NCBI GenBank assembly: GCA_040905425.1
Contig: JBBDRO010000007.1
Location: 1-62,048 of the forward strand
Length of the DNA stretch: 62,048 nucleotides
DNA from: Gemmatimonadota bacterium
GTDB taxonomy: Bacteria > Gemmatimonadota > Gemmatimonadetes > Longimicrobiales > RSA9
Reading direction: 5' to 3'
The notes under the pieces are model-generated. The model saw only the letters and a program-made list of their open reading frames with translations, did not search any database and was not told the DNA's origin. A program made the position numbers and the translations under genes. Of this stretch, positions 24,306-34,852 are shown one piece after another (position 1 is the first letter of the stretch; every line of letters starts with the position of its first letter).

Positions 24306-26087
24306 ATGGCAACACCAGGCAGTGTGCGCATCGACTTTCGCGCGGCCGGGCCGGCGTGGTCGCAACTGCATTTCGCGGCGCCGGTACGGGTGCTGGAGGC
24401 TCGTGCGCTCACGGAGGTGCGTCCCGTGCTCCGCGCCGCGGCGGCGGCCGCCGCGGAGGGCGCCTGGGTGGCGGGCTTCGTGGCGTACGAGGCGGCGCCC
24501 GCCTTCGAGCCGGTGATGGGCGCCCATCCGAGCGGACCGCTGCCGCTGGCGTGGTTCGCCGTCTACGGGGCGCCGGAGCCGGAGCCACAGGGGCGTGGCC
24601 GGGTGGTGGGACCCGCGCGTCTGGGGCTGGACTGGAGGCCTGGCGTGGATGCCGCACGTCATGCCACGGACGTGGCCCGCGTCCGGGCAGCCATCGCCGC
24701 CGGAGAGGTCTATCAGGTCAACTACACCTTCCCGCTCACGGCGCGGTTCGACACGGACGTGGACACGCTCTGGAACCGGCTCGCCGCGGCACAGGTCGAC
24801 GGCTATTTCGCGCTGCTGGACACGGGACCGCACGCCATCCTGTCCGCCTCGCCCGAGCTCTTCTTCCGCACCTCGGGCCGCCGCATCACCACCCGCCCCA
24901 TGAAGGGCACCCGCCCGCGCGGCCGGTGGCCGGCCGAGGACCGGGAAGCCGCCGCGGCGCTGGCCGACTCGGCCAAGGACCGCGCGGAGAACCTCATGAT
25001 CGTGGACCTCCTGCGTAACGACCTGGGCCGCGTGGCGCGCACCGGCACCGTGTGCGTGCCCGCCCTCTTCCAGGTGGAGCGCTATCCCACGGTCTGGCAG
25101 ATGACCTCCACCATCGAGGCGGAGCTGCGCGCGGACGTGGGCCTGGAGGAGGTCTTCGCGGCCCTCTTCCCCTGCGGTTCGGTGACCGGCGCACCCAAGA
25201 TCGCCGCCACCCGCTTCATCGCCGACCTGGAGGACACGCCCCGTGGCGCGTACTGCGGCGCTGTGGGACTGCTCCGGCCCGGCGGGGACGCGGTCTTCAA
25301 CGTGGCCATCCGCACGGCGGTGGTGGACCGGCCGGCCGCCACCGTCACGTACGGGGTGGGCGGCGGCATCACGTCGGACTCGGATGCCGCGGCCGAGCAC
25401 GGCGAGGCATTGGCCAAGGCCGCCGTCCTCAGCCGTCCGCCACGCGCCTTCGAGCTGCTCGAAACGCTCCGCCTGGAGCACGGCGCCTACGGCCGCCTGG
25501 AGCGGCACCTGGCGCGCATGGCCGAGGGGGCGGAGCACTTCGGCTTCCCGTTCCGAAGCGACGATGCCCGCGCCAACCTCGAAGCGCACGCGGCGCTCCA
25601 TGGCAACGCAGCGCGCCGGGTCCGGCTGCTGTCCGCCCCCGATGGCCGCCTGCGCGTGGAGAGCGCGGCGCTCGCCGAGCCCTGGCGCGGCTCCCCCGCT
25701 GGAGCGGAGGAGCTGCGCCCCACACCCCTCGCGGCTTCCCGGGTGGACAGGCTGGACCCCCTCCTCCAGCACAAGACCACCTGGCGCCGAATCTACGACG
25801 AGGCCCTGGCGGAGCACCCGGACGCCTTCGACGTCCTGCTCCTGAACCGCGAGGATGAGGTCACCGAATTCACGCGTGGCAACCTGGTGGTCCGCCTCGA
25901 CGGTGTTTACCTGACGCCGCCACGGGACTGCGGGCTCCTGCCCGGTTGTTACCGGGCCGAACTGGTGGAGACGGGCATGGTGGAGGAGAGCGTCCTGCGC
26001 GCGGCGGAGCTGGCGCGCGCCGACGGGGTCTGGCTGGTGAACAGCGTGCGGGGATGGGTGCCGGTGGCGCCCGTCAATCGCCCGTGA
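24306..26087 (+). CDS. pabB: Aminodeoxychorismate synthase component I fused to class IV aminotransferase/ADC lyase-like domain
   Basis: GEVYQVNYT, SPELFF, PMKGT, KDRAENLMIVDLLRND, FPCGSVTGAPK, NVAIRT; C-terminal LLETL, HKTT, EFTRGN, GLLPG, NSVRG. Confidence 0.92.
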   Translation: MATPGSVRIDFRAAGPAWSQLHFAAPVRVLEARALTEVRPVLRAAAAAAAEGAWVAGFVAYEAAPAFEPVMGAHPSGPLPLAWFAVYGAPEPEPQGRGRVVGPARLGLDWRPGVDAARHATDVARVRAAIAAGEVYQVNYTFPLTARFDTDVDTLWNRLAAAQVDGYFALLDTGPHAILSASPELFFRTSGRRITTRPMKGTRPRGRWPAEDREAAAALADSAKDRAENLMIVDLLRNDLGRVARTGTVCVPALFQVERYPTVWQMTSTIEAELRADVGLEEVFAALFPCGSVTGAPKIAATRFIADLEDTPRGAYCGAVGLLRPGGDAVFNVAIRTAVVDRPAATVTYGVGGGITSDSDAAAEHGEALAKAAVLSRPPRAFELLETLRLEHGAYGRLERHLARMAEGAEHFGFPFRSDDARANLEAHAALHGNAARRVRLLSAPDGRLRVESAALAEPWRGSPAGAEELRPTPLAASRVDRLDPLLQHKTTWRRIYDEALAEHPDAFDVLLLNREDEVTEFTRGNLVVRLDGVYLTPPRDCGLLPGCYRAELVETGMVEESVLRAAELARADGVWLVNSVRGWVPVAPVNRP

Positions 26088-27276
26088 TGAGATCGTAGAG
26101 GCGCACCAGCTCCCGCCCCATGTCATCCCGCTCCCGCACGAGCACGTAATCCGCGCCGGCCTCCAGCGGCTCCTGGGCGAGCGGCATGGTCAGCCGCGCG
26201 ATCCACCGGCCGTCGGCGTGCAGGACGGCCCACTCCCGCTCCGTCCGCTCCGGCCCGCCGTAGCGCTCCACCCAGAGGCTGCCGTCGCGGCCGGCCAGGA
26301 GCAGCCGGTGGTAGGGCATGTGGTCGGGGAAGGGCGCGGCGTCGAGCTGGCGGCGGACAATGTCCCGGGCTGATTCGGCCATGCGCAGGACGCGCGCCTC
26401 GCGGTAGGCGGCGGCCTCTGCTGCGCCCACCGAAAGCGGCTTCCAGGGCAGCGGCACCAGCCGCTCCAGCCGCCCGCCGCCACCATGCACCCGGATGGCA
26501 GGCTCGGTGCCCGTGCTCACGAAGAGCCGGCCGCCGCCGCCGGTGATCCGGAGGACCGCCCCGTAAGGTCGGAAGTCACCCCCGCGCTGGAACCAGAACA
26601 TCTCACTGCCCAGGATGGAGTCCACCACGCCGGCGCGCTCGCCATCCGCGCGGTAGAGGGGCAGCACCGTGCGTGGCTGATACACGCCGTCATCGGCAGG
26701 GATCGGCCCGCCGTAGGTGACAGGCTCCACCGCCAGGCTGCCATCACCCACGCCGTGGATGTACATCGGCGTGAATACGGGCATGCCCCCGCCTGCCATG
26801 GGTAGGTCTCGCGTGTCCAGCGCGGTGGTCCCCACCAGCTCCCCGCGCCCGGCGTATGAGGTGAGCCGGTCCGTGGTGGGATCCCACACGTGCAGCGTGT
26901 CCCCCTGCCCGCGGGTGGAGGAGCGGGCGTTGCGGATCTCGCCGGGTCCCGCGCCATCGGGGCCCGCGCTGCCGATCGAGTTGCCCAGGTTGTCGAAGTA
27001 GCGCACATGGGGGTCCAGGCGCCAGTCCACCACCGCCAGGTCCCCGTTGGTGAGACGGGCGGCCAGGTTCACGGCCCGAAAGGCGTGCATGGGATCGTCA
27101 TCCCGGTCCCCGAGCGTGAGGCGGGGCTCCGGCGCCATGCGCCACGCAGCCACCGCCGTGGTGTCCTGCGCGGAGGCGGGGGAAACATTCCGTGGATCCT
27201 GCGGATCGCCGGCGTCGCTGGACTCGCCACAGCCCACGAGCAGCGTCAGCGCGAGGACGGCTCCGGTGCGTAGCAT
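26074..27276 (-). CDS. Lipoprotein, probable beta-propeller
   Basis: Lipobox LVGC, GAGPGE motif, GGAG RBS. Confidence 0.65.
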   Translation of the reverse strand: MLRTGAVLALTLLVGCGESSDAGDPQDPRNVSPASAQDTTAVAAWRMAPEPRLTLGDRDDDPMHAFRAVNLAARLTNGDLAVVDWRLDPHVRYFDNLGNSIGSAGPDGAGPGEIRNARSSTRGQGDTLHVWDPTTDRLTSYAGRGELVGTTALDTRDLPMAGGGMPVFTPMYIHGVGDGSLAVEPVTYGGPIPADDGVYQPRTVLPLYRADGERAGVVDSILGSEMFWFQRGGDFRPYGAVLRITGGGGRLFVSTGTEPAIRVHGGGGRLERLVPLPWKPLSVGAAEAAAYREARVLRMAESARDIVRRQLDAAPFPDHMPYHRLLLAGRDGSLWVERYGGPERTEREWAVLHADGRWIARLTMPLAQEPLEAGADYVLVRERDDMGRELVRLYDLITGD

Positions 27277-27309
27277 GGTCTCCTCCTGTACTCGTGGAGC
27301 GGCGGCCGA

Positions 27310-27780
27310 TCACTCCGCCAGCATTTCCCCGGTGTCGAGGAAGTGGTTCAGCCTCCGCTCCCAGAGCGCCATGGCTTCGGTGTAGGCATCCAGCGTGAAC
27401 GCGCGCACGGCCGCATCCCCCTCGGGTGTGTCGAGGGACGTGTAGCCGTAGGTGACGTCCGCGAAGGTGCCTCCGTCGCCGTCCGGCCGCAGGATGATGG
27501 AGATCTGCCCCACGGTAACGCCCGGCGTCACCTTGACGAAGTCGATGCGCGCGGGCGGTTCGTAGCGCGTGACCGTCCAGATGGCGTCCGGCGGCCCCGC
27601 CGTGATGAAGACGCAGCCTCCCTCCGCACGGCCCGAGTTGCTGAGCACCAACTGGGGATTCCAGCCGGGGATCCACTCGGCCTCGCGCACGGGGCAGAGC
27701 AGGGGAAAGACGCTGCGCGGCGGCGCGTGCAGGCGCTGCAGATAGCTGTGCCGCACGCGCTGCGGGGGGGTGACCTTCAC
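27310..27780 (-). CDS. SRPBCC/START-like family protein
   Basis: VFPLLCPVREAEWIPGW, C-terminal helix WERRLNHFL; overlaps upstream gene end region as a likely operon. Confidence 0.65.
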   Translation of the reverse strand: MKVTPPQRVRHSYLQRLHAPPRSVFPLLCPVREAEWIPGWNPQLVLSNSGRAEGGCVFITAGPPDAIWTVTRYEPPARIDFVKVTPGVTVGQISIILRPDGDGGTFADVTYGYTSLDTPEGDAAVRAFTLDAYTEAMALWERRLNHFLDTGEMLAE

Positions 27781-27783
27781 GGC

Positions 27784-28974
27784 TCAGGTGCCCAGCACGC
27801 CCAGCATCCACGCGCACGCCAGCGCCGCGTAGATGCCCAGGATGTAGCCCGCCACGGCCATGAGCAGCCCCACGGGGGCCAGCGCCGGATTATAGGCGCC
27901 GGCCACCACGGGCGCCGAGGCGGCGCCGCCCACGTTGGCCATGCTGCCGGTGGCCACGAAGAAGAGCGGCGCACGGAAGATGCGCGCGGCCACGTACAGG
28001 ATGAGGATGTGCACGCTGATCCAGATGACGCCCGCCAGCAGGAACGCCGGCGCGGCCAGCACGGCGGCCATGTCGGCGCCCGAGCCGATGGCCGTGAGCA
28101 CCAGATAGAGTGCCAGGTAGCCCACGCGGGAGGCGCCGTGGTCCTCGATGCGGCGCACCGGCGTGAAGGACAGCAGCAGGCCGCCCGTCACCACGATGAG
28201 GATCCCCCACGTGGAAGCGGAGATGACCGTGGGGTCTCCCACGGCCGGACCGAGCCGGCCCAGGATGACGGCGCTCACCGTGACCGCGAAGCCCAGGCCC
28301 ACGATGATGGCGGCGGCGCGCAGGTCGAGCGGTTGCTGGGTGCGGCCCTCTTCCTCGGTGTGGCGCATGACGCCGTCCATGGCGTCACTGCGCGCGCCCA
28401 CGTGCGCGTCGAAGCGCTTCTGGAAGGCCGTGAAGAAGAGCAGCACGCCCATCCAGCCGTACCCCACCACCGTGTCCACCACGATGATGGGGCCCATCAT
28501 GGCGTCGGGCGTACCCACGCTGAGCTGGATGGCGGTCATGTTGGCCGTCCCGCCGATCCAGCTTCCCGACAACGCGGCCAGCCCCATCCATGCGCCCTCC
28601 GGCAGCCAGTGGCCCACCGCCAGGAAGGCAATGGGTCCGCCGAGGACAATGCCCAGCGTGCCCGCCAGCATCATGATGATGGCCAGCTTGCCCAGGCGCA
28701 GGATGGCCGGCAGATCGATCGTGACCATCAGGAGGAAGAGGGCCAGCGGCAGCAGGTAGGCCTTCATCCAGTCATAGGTGGGTGAGGCCATCGGCGTGAT
28801 GCCGAAGGTGGTGGCGAGCGTGGGGATGAAGTATGCGTAGATGACGGGCGGCGTGACGTCGAACACGCGTTTCAGGGCGGGCAGCCCGCTCGCCCAGAAG
28901 ATGAAGGCCAGGACCCCCGCCAGGAAGGCGAAGATCACCATGGGATCCTGGAGGAGCGGTTCACCGGGCATCAT
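27784..28974 (-). CDS. DUF819 family multi-pass membrane protein
   Basis: SWIGGTANM and SMANVGGAASAPVVA internal-repeat motifs, about 11-12 TMs. Confidence 0.85.
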   Translation of the reverse strand: MMPGEPLLQDPMVIFAFLAGVLAFIFWASGLPALKRVFDVTPPVIYAYFIPTLATTFGITPMASPTYDWMKAYLLPLALFLLMVTIDLPAILRLGKLAIIMMLAGTLGIVLGGPIAFLAVGHWLPEGAWMGLAALSGSWIGGTANMTAIQLSVGTPDAMMGPIIVVDTVVGYGWMGVLLFFTAFQKRFDAHVGARSDAMDGVMRHTEEEGRTQQPLDLRAAAIIVGLGFAVTVSAVILGRLGPAVGDPTVISASTWGILIVVTGGLLLSFTPVRRIEDHGASRVGYLALYLVLTAIGSGADMAAVLAAPAFLLAGVIWISVHILILYVAARIFRAPLFFVATGSMANVGGAASAPVVAGAYNPALAPVGLLMAVAGYILGIYAALACAWMLGVLGT

Positions 28975-29156
28975 TACCGTGGCGCCTGGGTGAGCGGAAT
29001 GCCGCACGGGCGGGGCGGCCTGAAGGTGCGCCCCCGAGCGTGCGGGGTCAAGAACGGCGCCGCCGTCGGCCCGTAGCTTGCGGTTACGTTCAGCGGGCGT
29101 GCGCGTGCGCGCGAACGCCCCAGCCAGGCCGGAAGCATCCCTCGATCTCCAGGACC

Positions 29157-31067
29157 ATGAACGAATCTGTGCAGCGGCCCGGGGCCGCTTCCTCCACGCC
29201 CGCGGACGAATCCACCGAGGCCCTGCGTGCCAGTGAGCGCATGCTGGCGGAGGCCCAGCGTGTGGCGCACATCGGCAGCTGGAGCTGGGACATCGAGAGC
29301 AACGTGATCACCTGGTCCGATGAGATGTATCGGGTGTACGGCCTTGAGCCTGACGCCATTTCGGTGGACATGAAGGAGTTTATCGGTCGCGTCCATCCCG
29401 AAGACCGGGAACGGGTGCAGAAGGCCGTCGGCCAGGCGCTCGACGCGGGCGCGGATTTCGAATTCCAGCACCGGCTGGTGCGGCCGGACGGGGAGGTCCG
29501 CTACTGTCTGGGCCGGGGCACCTCGGTGCGCGGCCGGGATGGCAGCATCGTGCGCATGGTGGGCACCGGGCAGGACATCACCCGGGAACTGGAGAGCGCC
29601 GAGCGGGAGCGTACGCTCCAGGAGGAGCAGGCGCGCCGCGCGGCGGCCGAGAAGGCGGCGCGGCGCCTGGCGGTTCTTGCCGAGGCCAGTGAGACGCTGG
29701 CTTCCTCCCTGGACTACGAAACCACCCTCTCGAACGTGGCACGGCTGGCGGTGCCGCGGCTGGCGGACTGGTGTGCCGTGGACCTCGTGGAGGCGGGGGG
29801 CGATTTGAAGCGGCTGGCCGTGGCGCATCAGGATCCGGCCAAGGTGGAACTGGTGCGTACGCTGGAACAGCGCTGGCCGGCGGCGCGCAGCGCGGAGCAT
29901 GGCGCCTGGAAGGCTGTGCGCACGGGCCAGGCGGATTTCGTGCCCGACATCCCGGACGAACTGCTGGTGGCCGCGGCCGTGGACGAGGCGCACCTGGCGG
30001 CGCTGCGGCAGCTCGGCCTGCGCTCCCTGATCGCCGCGCCGCTGCGGGCCCGCGGCCGCACGCTCGGGGCGCTCACGATGGTGCACGCCGAGTCGGAGCG
30101 CAGCTTCACGGAGGATGACCGCCGGCTGGTCCTGGACCTGGCGCACCGGGCGGCCATGGCCATCGACAACGCCCGGCTCGTGCGGGACAGCGAGGAGGCA
30201 CGCGGCCACATGGAGGAGCAGGCGGCGGAGCTGGAGTCGCAGACCGCCGAGATGCAGGAACTGATGGAGGAGCTGGAAGTCACCGCCGAGCAGCTCCAGG
30301 CGCGCAACGAGGAGCTGGAGGCCATCACGGCCGAGTCCGAGCGTGCGCGGGCCGCGGCCGAAGAGGCCAACGAGGCCAAGTCCCAGTTCCTGGCCGCCAT
30401 GAGCCATGAGCTGCGTACGCCGCTCAACGCCATCGCCGGCTACAGTGAGCTGCTTCAGATCGGCATCCACGGCCCCCTCAATGACAAGCAACTCGAGACG
30501 CTGCAGCGCATCCAGCGCAATCAGATGCGCCTGCTGGGGCTCATCAACGACGTGCTGAATTTTGCCAAGCTCGAGGCCCACCAGGTGCGCTTCGATGAAG
30601 CCGACATTCCGGTGGATGGCATGCTGGGGAGCCTGGAGCAGATCATCCTGCCACAGGTGGCGGCCAAGGGGATAAGCTACGAATATGTGGCCGCCGAACC
30701 CGGCCTGGTGGTACGGGCCGATCGGGAGAAGCTGGAGCAGGTGGTGCTGAACCTTCTCTCCAACGCCGTCAAATTCACCCAGGAGGGCGGGTCCATCACG
30801 CTCTCGGCAGCCGCCACGGACGACCAGGTCCTGATCCGCGTTGCCGATACCGGCCGCGGCATCCCGGCCGATCGCCTGGAGCACATCTTCGAGCCGTTCA
30901 TCCAGGTGGATGCCCACCTGACGCGCGTGGCGGAGGGCGTGGGCCTGGGGCTCTCCATCAGCCGTGACCTGATGCGCAAGATGGGCGGTGACATCACGGT
31001 TGAGAGCACACTGGGCGCCGGGTCCGTGTTCACGGCCCACGTGCCACGGGTGCCGGCGGCCGGCTGA
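29157..31067 (+). CDS. Cytoplasmic PAS-GAF histidine kinase
   Basis: PAS (HIGSWSWD, VHPEDRE), GAF (LADWCAVD), H-box MSHELRTPL, N-box NLLSNAVKFT, DTGRGI, GLGLSI. Confidence 0.93.
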   Translation: MNESVQRPGAASSTPADESTEALRASERMLAEAQRVAHIGSWSWDIESNVITWSDEMYRVYGLEPDAISVDMKEFIGRVHPEDRERVQKAVGQALDAGADFEFQHRLVRPDGEVRYCLGRGTSVRGRDGSIVRMVGTGQDITRELESAERERTLQEEQARRAAAEKAARRLAVLAEASETLASSLDYETTLSNVARLAVPRLADWCAVDLVEAGGDLKRLAVAHQDPAKVELVRTLEQRWPAARSAEHGAWKAVRTGQADFVPDIPDELLVAAAVDEAHLAALRQLGLRSLIAAPLRARGRTLGALTMVHAESERSFTEDDRRLVLDLAHRAAMAIDNARLVRDSEEARGHMEEQAAELESQTAEMQELMEELEVTAEQLQARNEELEAITAESERARAAAEEANEAKSQFLAAMSHELRTPLNAIAGYSELLQIGIHGPLNDKQLETLQRIQRNQMRLLGLINDVLNFAKLEAHQVRFDEADIPVDGMLGSLEQIILPQVAAKGISYEYVAAEPGLVVRADREKLEQVVLNLLSNAVKFTQEGGSITLSAAATDDQVLIRVADTGRGIPADRLEHIFEPFIQVDAHLTRVAEGVGLGLSISRDLMRKMGGDITVESTLGAGSVFTAHVPRVPAAG

Positions 31068-31098
31068 CATCCATCCATCAGAAATCCAAGGGGGCGTG

Positions 31099-32058
31099 AT
31101 GGCGCGCGAGATCACCCTGGCCGCGATCCAGGCCGAAAGCGGCCCCGACGTGGACGCTACCATGGAGCGGAGCCGTGGGCTCGTGCGGCGCGCCGCCGCC
31201 GCCGGTGCCGATCTGGTAGCGCTGCCGGAGACGTGGATCCCCGGCTATCCCGCGTGGCTCGACGTGTGCCGCGACGCCAGCCTGTGGGACCATCCGCCGG
31301 TGAAAGCGGTCTTCCGCCGGCTGGCGGAAGCGAGCGCGACCGTGCCCGGTCCCGTGACCGATGCGTTCGGGGCGCTGGCCCGCGAGCTGGGCATTGTCCT
31401 GGTGGTGGGCGTGAGCGAGCGGGTAGCCGCAGGTCCCGGGCGGGGCACCCTCTACAACGCCCTGCTCACCTTCGATGCCGACGGCCGGCTGGCCAACCAT
31501 CACCGCAAGCTGGTGCCCACCTACACGGAGCGCCTGGTGTGGGGCAACGGTGACGGCGCGGGCGTACGCGCCGTGGACACGGCGGCGGGCCGTGTGGGCG
31601 GGCTGGTGTGCTGGGAGCACTGGATGCCGCTGCCACGCCAGGCGCTGCACGAGTCGGGCGAGGACATCCACGTGGCCTCCTGGCCGACCGTGAAGGAGAT
31701 GAACCACGTGGCGTGCCGCCAGTACGCTTTCGAGGGGCGCTGCTTCGTGGTGGCCGTCGGCGGCCTGCTGCGCGCCGCGGACCTGCCCCCGGAGCTGGAG
31801 GCCGACAGGCGGCTGGTGACCGATCCGGACGCCTGGGTGGTGCGTGGCGGCAGCGCCATCTACGGTCCCGACGGCGCCGTGCTGGCGGGCCCCGTATACG
31901 ACGCGGAAGCGATCCTCACCGTCACGGTGGACCCGGGGCGGCTCCACGAGGAGGCCATGACCATGGACGTGGCGGGGCACTATGCCCGACCGGACGTCTT
32001 TCGCCTGGAGCGCGCGGCCCGATCCGACCGGGTGGTGGAGCGCCCGCCGCCCGCGTAG
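31099..32058 (+). CDS. Nitrilase (carbon-nitrogen hydrolase)
   Basis: Glu-Lys-Cys triad: LPETWIPGYP, HRKLVPT, CWEH; tail GHYARPDVF. Confidence 0.92.
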   Translation: MAREITLAAIQAESGPDVDATMERSRGLVRRAAAAGADLVALPETWIPGYPAWLDVCRDASLWDHPPVKAVFRRLAEASATVPGPVTDAFGALARELGIVLVVGVSERVAAGPGRGTLYNALLTFDADGRLANHHRKLVPTYTERLVWGNGDGAGVRAVDTAAGRVGGLVCWEHWMPLPRQALHESGEDIHVASWPTVKEMNHVACRQYAFEGRCFVVAVGGLLRAADLPPELEADRRLVTDPDAWVVRGGSAIYGPDGAVLAGPVYDAEAILTVTVDPGRLHEEAMTMDVAGHYARPDVFRLERAARSDRVVERPPPA

Positions 32059-32093
32059 CTTCGGGCATACCTGTTCCCGGCACCCGACACCGG

Positions 32094-34094
32094 ATGAAGC
32101 CCATGTTGTGGACCTGTTCCCGCGCCGCCCTCGGTCTTGGCGCCGCCGTGCTGGTCGCGGGCTGCGGCGCCCGCGCCGCCGAGCTGCTGCCCAGCGACGC
32201 CGCCAGCGTGCTGGCCAACCACACCATCGACGCGCCCGATCCGTCCCGGACCGGGCCCTTCGAAGTGGGCTACCTGACCTACGGCAGCGGTGAGGATCGC
32301 AATCGCGAGGCCTTCCGTGATTCTGTCGTCATCCGGACGGAGAGCGTGGACGCGTCCAAGTTCGTGTCCCTGGGATCGTCGGCGCGCGAGCGGAACCGGT
32401 TCTGGGGCTTTCCGCCGAGCCGGGTGCCCCTGAACGCCCGCGTGTGGTACCCGGAGGGTGAGGGCCCCTTCCCGCTGGTCCTCGTTGTCCACGGCAATCA
32501 CAACATGCGGGACTACTCCGACCCCGGCTACGACTACCTGGGTGAGTTGCTGGCCAGCCGCGGCTTCATCCTGGCCTCGGTGGACATGAACTTCATCAAT
32601 GGCGGCATCCGCGGTGAGAATGACGCGCGCGGCTGGCTGCTGCTCAAGCACCTGGAGGCGTGGCGGGCCTTCAACGAGGATGAGGGAACGCCTTTCCACG
32701 GGCGCGTGGACATGAGCCGCATCGCGCTCATGGGGCACTCCCGGGGCGGCGAAGCGGTGGCGCACGCCGCCGCCTTCAACCGGCTCGAGCGTTACCCCGA
32801 TGACGGCAACGTCACCTTCGATTTCGACTTCGACATCCGCAGCGTGGTGGCCATTGCGCCGGTGGACGGGCAGTACGCGCCGGCCGATCGCCTCCAGCCG
32901 GTGGAGAACGTCAACTACATGGTCTTCCACGGCTCGCACGACGGGGATGTATCAGGCTTCATGGGGATCCGGCAGTATCAGCGCGTACGGTTCACCGATG
33001 GGCAGCCGTGGCTCAAGGCCCTGGTTTACGTCTATCGTGCCAATCATGGTCAGTGGAACACCGTGTGGGGCAGCCACGACCGTGGCCCGCGGAGCGGCCG
33101 GTCGCTGGATCTGGACGCCCTCATGCCGGCCGAGGAGCAGCGCCAGTTCGCCCGTGTCTACATCACGGCCTTTCTCGAGGCCACCCTGAAGGGCAAGCGG
33201 GACTACCTGCCCCTCTTCCGCGATCACCGCGTGGCGGGTGACTGGCTGCCACCCACCATGTACGTGACGCGGGTGCGCGACCATACCTTCCGGCCGCTGG
33301 CCACCTTCGAGGAGGACGTGGACCTCACCGGTAGTGAGGTGGCGGGCCTCCGCCTCCAAGGGGACAGCCTTTCGACCTGGCGCGAGGGACGCCTGCAGCT
33401 GCGCACGGCCAACTCGCCCACGGAGGGATCCTCCCAGTACAATCACGCCGTATGGCTGGGGTGGAACAACCGGATCGCCGGTGAGGACACCACGGACACG
33501 GGCCCGCCCGCCAGTTACACGCTGACGCTGCCGGACGGACTGGCCGCGGACTGGCGCCTGGATGACGCCAGCGTGCTGCAGTTCGAACTGATGCCCACCG
33601 GTACGGTGCCGCGCCCGCGCGCGGCGCCGAAGACGGACGCGGACTCCACGGCCGCCGACGAGCCGGCCGCCGCTCCCCCGGCCCGGGCGGAGCGGAACGA
33701 GGAGGCGGACAAGCCCCCCGTGGACCTGTCCATCGAGGTGGAGGATGCGCGCGGCGTGCGCGCCAGCGTTCCCCTTTCGCGTTACGGGCCGCTCCGGCGC
33801 CCGCTGCCGATCGCCATCCTGCGCCGCGCGGACCTGGAGCGGGAGCGGTACGGCAGCCTCCACGAGCTGGTCTTCCAGACGTTCACCATCCCGCTCGCGG
33901 ACCTGGTGGCCGTGGAGCCGCGGCTGGATCTTGGCCGACTCGCCGCGGTGCGCTTTCGGTTCGATTGCGCGTTCGCGGGAGAGGTCATCGTGGATGACAT
34001 CGGCTTTGCCCGCCCCGACCCGGCGTTCCTGCGCGCACCTGTGCCGGTGGCGGATGCGCAGGGCGCGGGCGGAACGGAGCGCGGGCGGCGATGA
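32094..34094 (+). CDS. Alpha/beta hydrolase lipoprotein
   Basis: Lipobox VAGC, PLVLVVHGNH, nucleophile GHSRGG, DGDV, ANH. Confidence 0.8.
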   Translation: MKPMLWTCSRAALGLGAAVLVAGCGARAAELLPSDAASVLANHTIDAPDPSRTGPFEVGYLTYGSGEDRNREAFRDSVVIRTESVDASKFVSLGSSARERNRFWGFPPSRVPLNARVWYPEGEGPFPLVLVVHGNHNMRDYSDPGYDYLGELLASRGFILASVDMNFINGGIRGENDARGWLLLKHLEAWRAFNEDEGTPFHGRVDMSRIALMGHSRGGEAVAHAAAFNRLERYPDDGNVTFDFDFDIRSVVAIAPVDGQYAPADRLQPVENVNYMVFHGSHDGDVSGFMGIRQYQRVRFTDGQPWLKALVYVYRANHGQWNTVWGSHDRGPRSGRSLDLDALMPAEEQRQFARVYITAFLEATLKGKRDYLPLFRDHRVAGDWLPPTMYVTRVRDHTFRPLATFEEDVDLTGSEVAGLRLQGDSLSTWREGRLQLRTANSPTEGSSQYNHAVWLGWNNRIAGEDTTDTGPPASYTLTLPDGLAADWRLDDASVLQFELMPTGTVPRPRAAPKTDADSTAADEPAAAPPARAERNEEADKPPVDLSIEVEDARGVRASVPLSRYGPLRRPLPIAILRRADLERERYGSLHELVFQTFTIPLADLVAVEPRLDLGRLAAVRFRFDCAFAGEVIVDDIGFARPDPAFLRAPVPVADAQGAGGTERGRR

Positions 34095-34177
34095 GCGGGC
34101 GGGTTGAGAGCCATTATCAGGGACCTCCCGACGCCGCCATGGGCCCCTCCCCCACAGACGACCGGCCGGCGGTCTCC

Positions 34178-34183
34178 TAAATT
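34178..34183 (+). promoter_or_regulatory. Possible -10 box of a leaderless transcript
   Basis: TAAATT 6 nt before ATG 34190, no SD sequence. Confidence 0.4.
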
Positions 34184-34189
34184 GCACCC

Positions 34190-34852
34190 ATGAGCAATCT
34201 CGCCGCCGCTCCCGCTCCCGTTCCCGACCCGGCCGCGCCGGGGGAGCAGGGGACCGCGCCCTGCCTGGTGTGGGAGGTGACCCGAGCCTGCACCCTGGCG
34301 TGTAGCTTCTGCCGCAGCGCCGTCCAGGTGGGCCGCCACTTTCGTGAACTCTCCACGCTCGAAGGGTTCCGCATGCTGAACGAGGCCCGCGGCCTCGGCC
34401 CGGTGCGCGTCCTGCTAGCCGGCGGCGATCCGCTGGAGCGCGAGGATCTGCCTGATCTCGTGGAGCACGCGGCCCGGCAGGGCCTGCGCCCCTGGATCAC
34501 GCTCTGTCCCACCGCCGCAGCCGCTCCCGCCGCGCTGGCGCGGCTGGCCGAGGTGGGGCTGGAGGGTGTCCTGGTGCGTGCGGTGGGCGCCGATGCGGGG
34601 GCGCATGATCAGGCGGCTGGCCTCACAGGCGCGTGGGTTCGCCTGGAGCAGGCCGTGGCGGCGGCCCGGGCGCTCGGCCTGGCGGTGGAGCGCACGGCGG
34701 ACGGACACGTCTCCGACGCATCCGCGCTCCGCGTCGAGTCAACGGGCGTGATCCGGCTGGGTGGCACCGCCGCGGGGGACGTCCGGCGCGATGACGTGGT
34801 CGAGCTCTGGCTCACCCGCCCGGCCACCGGCGGGACCTCCTCGTCTTCGTGA
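34190..34852 (+). CDS. Short radical SAM protein (NirJ/Ahb-like N-terminus), no SPASM cysteines
   Basis: WEVTRACTLACSFC (CxxxCxxC), GGDPL; only 220 aa. Confidence 0.7.
   Translation: MSNLAAAPAPVPDPAAPGEQGTAPCLVWEVTRACTLACSFCRSAVQVGRHFRELSTLEGFRMLNEARGLGPVRVLLAGGDPLEREDLPDLVEHAARQGLRPWITLCPTAAAAPAALARLAEVGLEGVLVRAVGADAGAHDQAAGLTGAWVRLEQAVAAARALGLAVERTADGHVSDASALRVESTGVIRLGGTAAGDVRRDDVVELWLTRPATGGTSSSS

Noticed and set aside
24306..31067. PabB-PabC fusion without pabA, and an orphan histidine kinase
   Set aside because: Both arrangements are common; partners are probably elsewhere in the genome.
18179..34094. Apparent long N-terminal extensions or fusions in the ORF track (18179..20230, 31608..34094; likewise 2919..4472 and 49165..50727)
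   Set aside because: Upstream parts overlap other real genes; a downstream ATG with RBS or signal peptide gives the true start.
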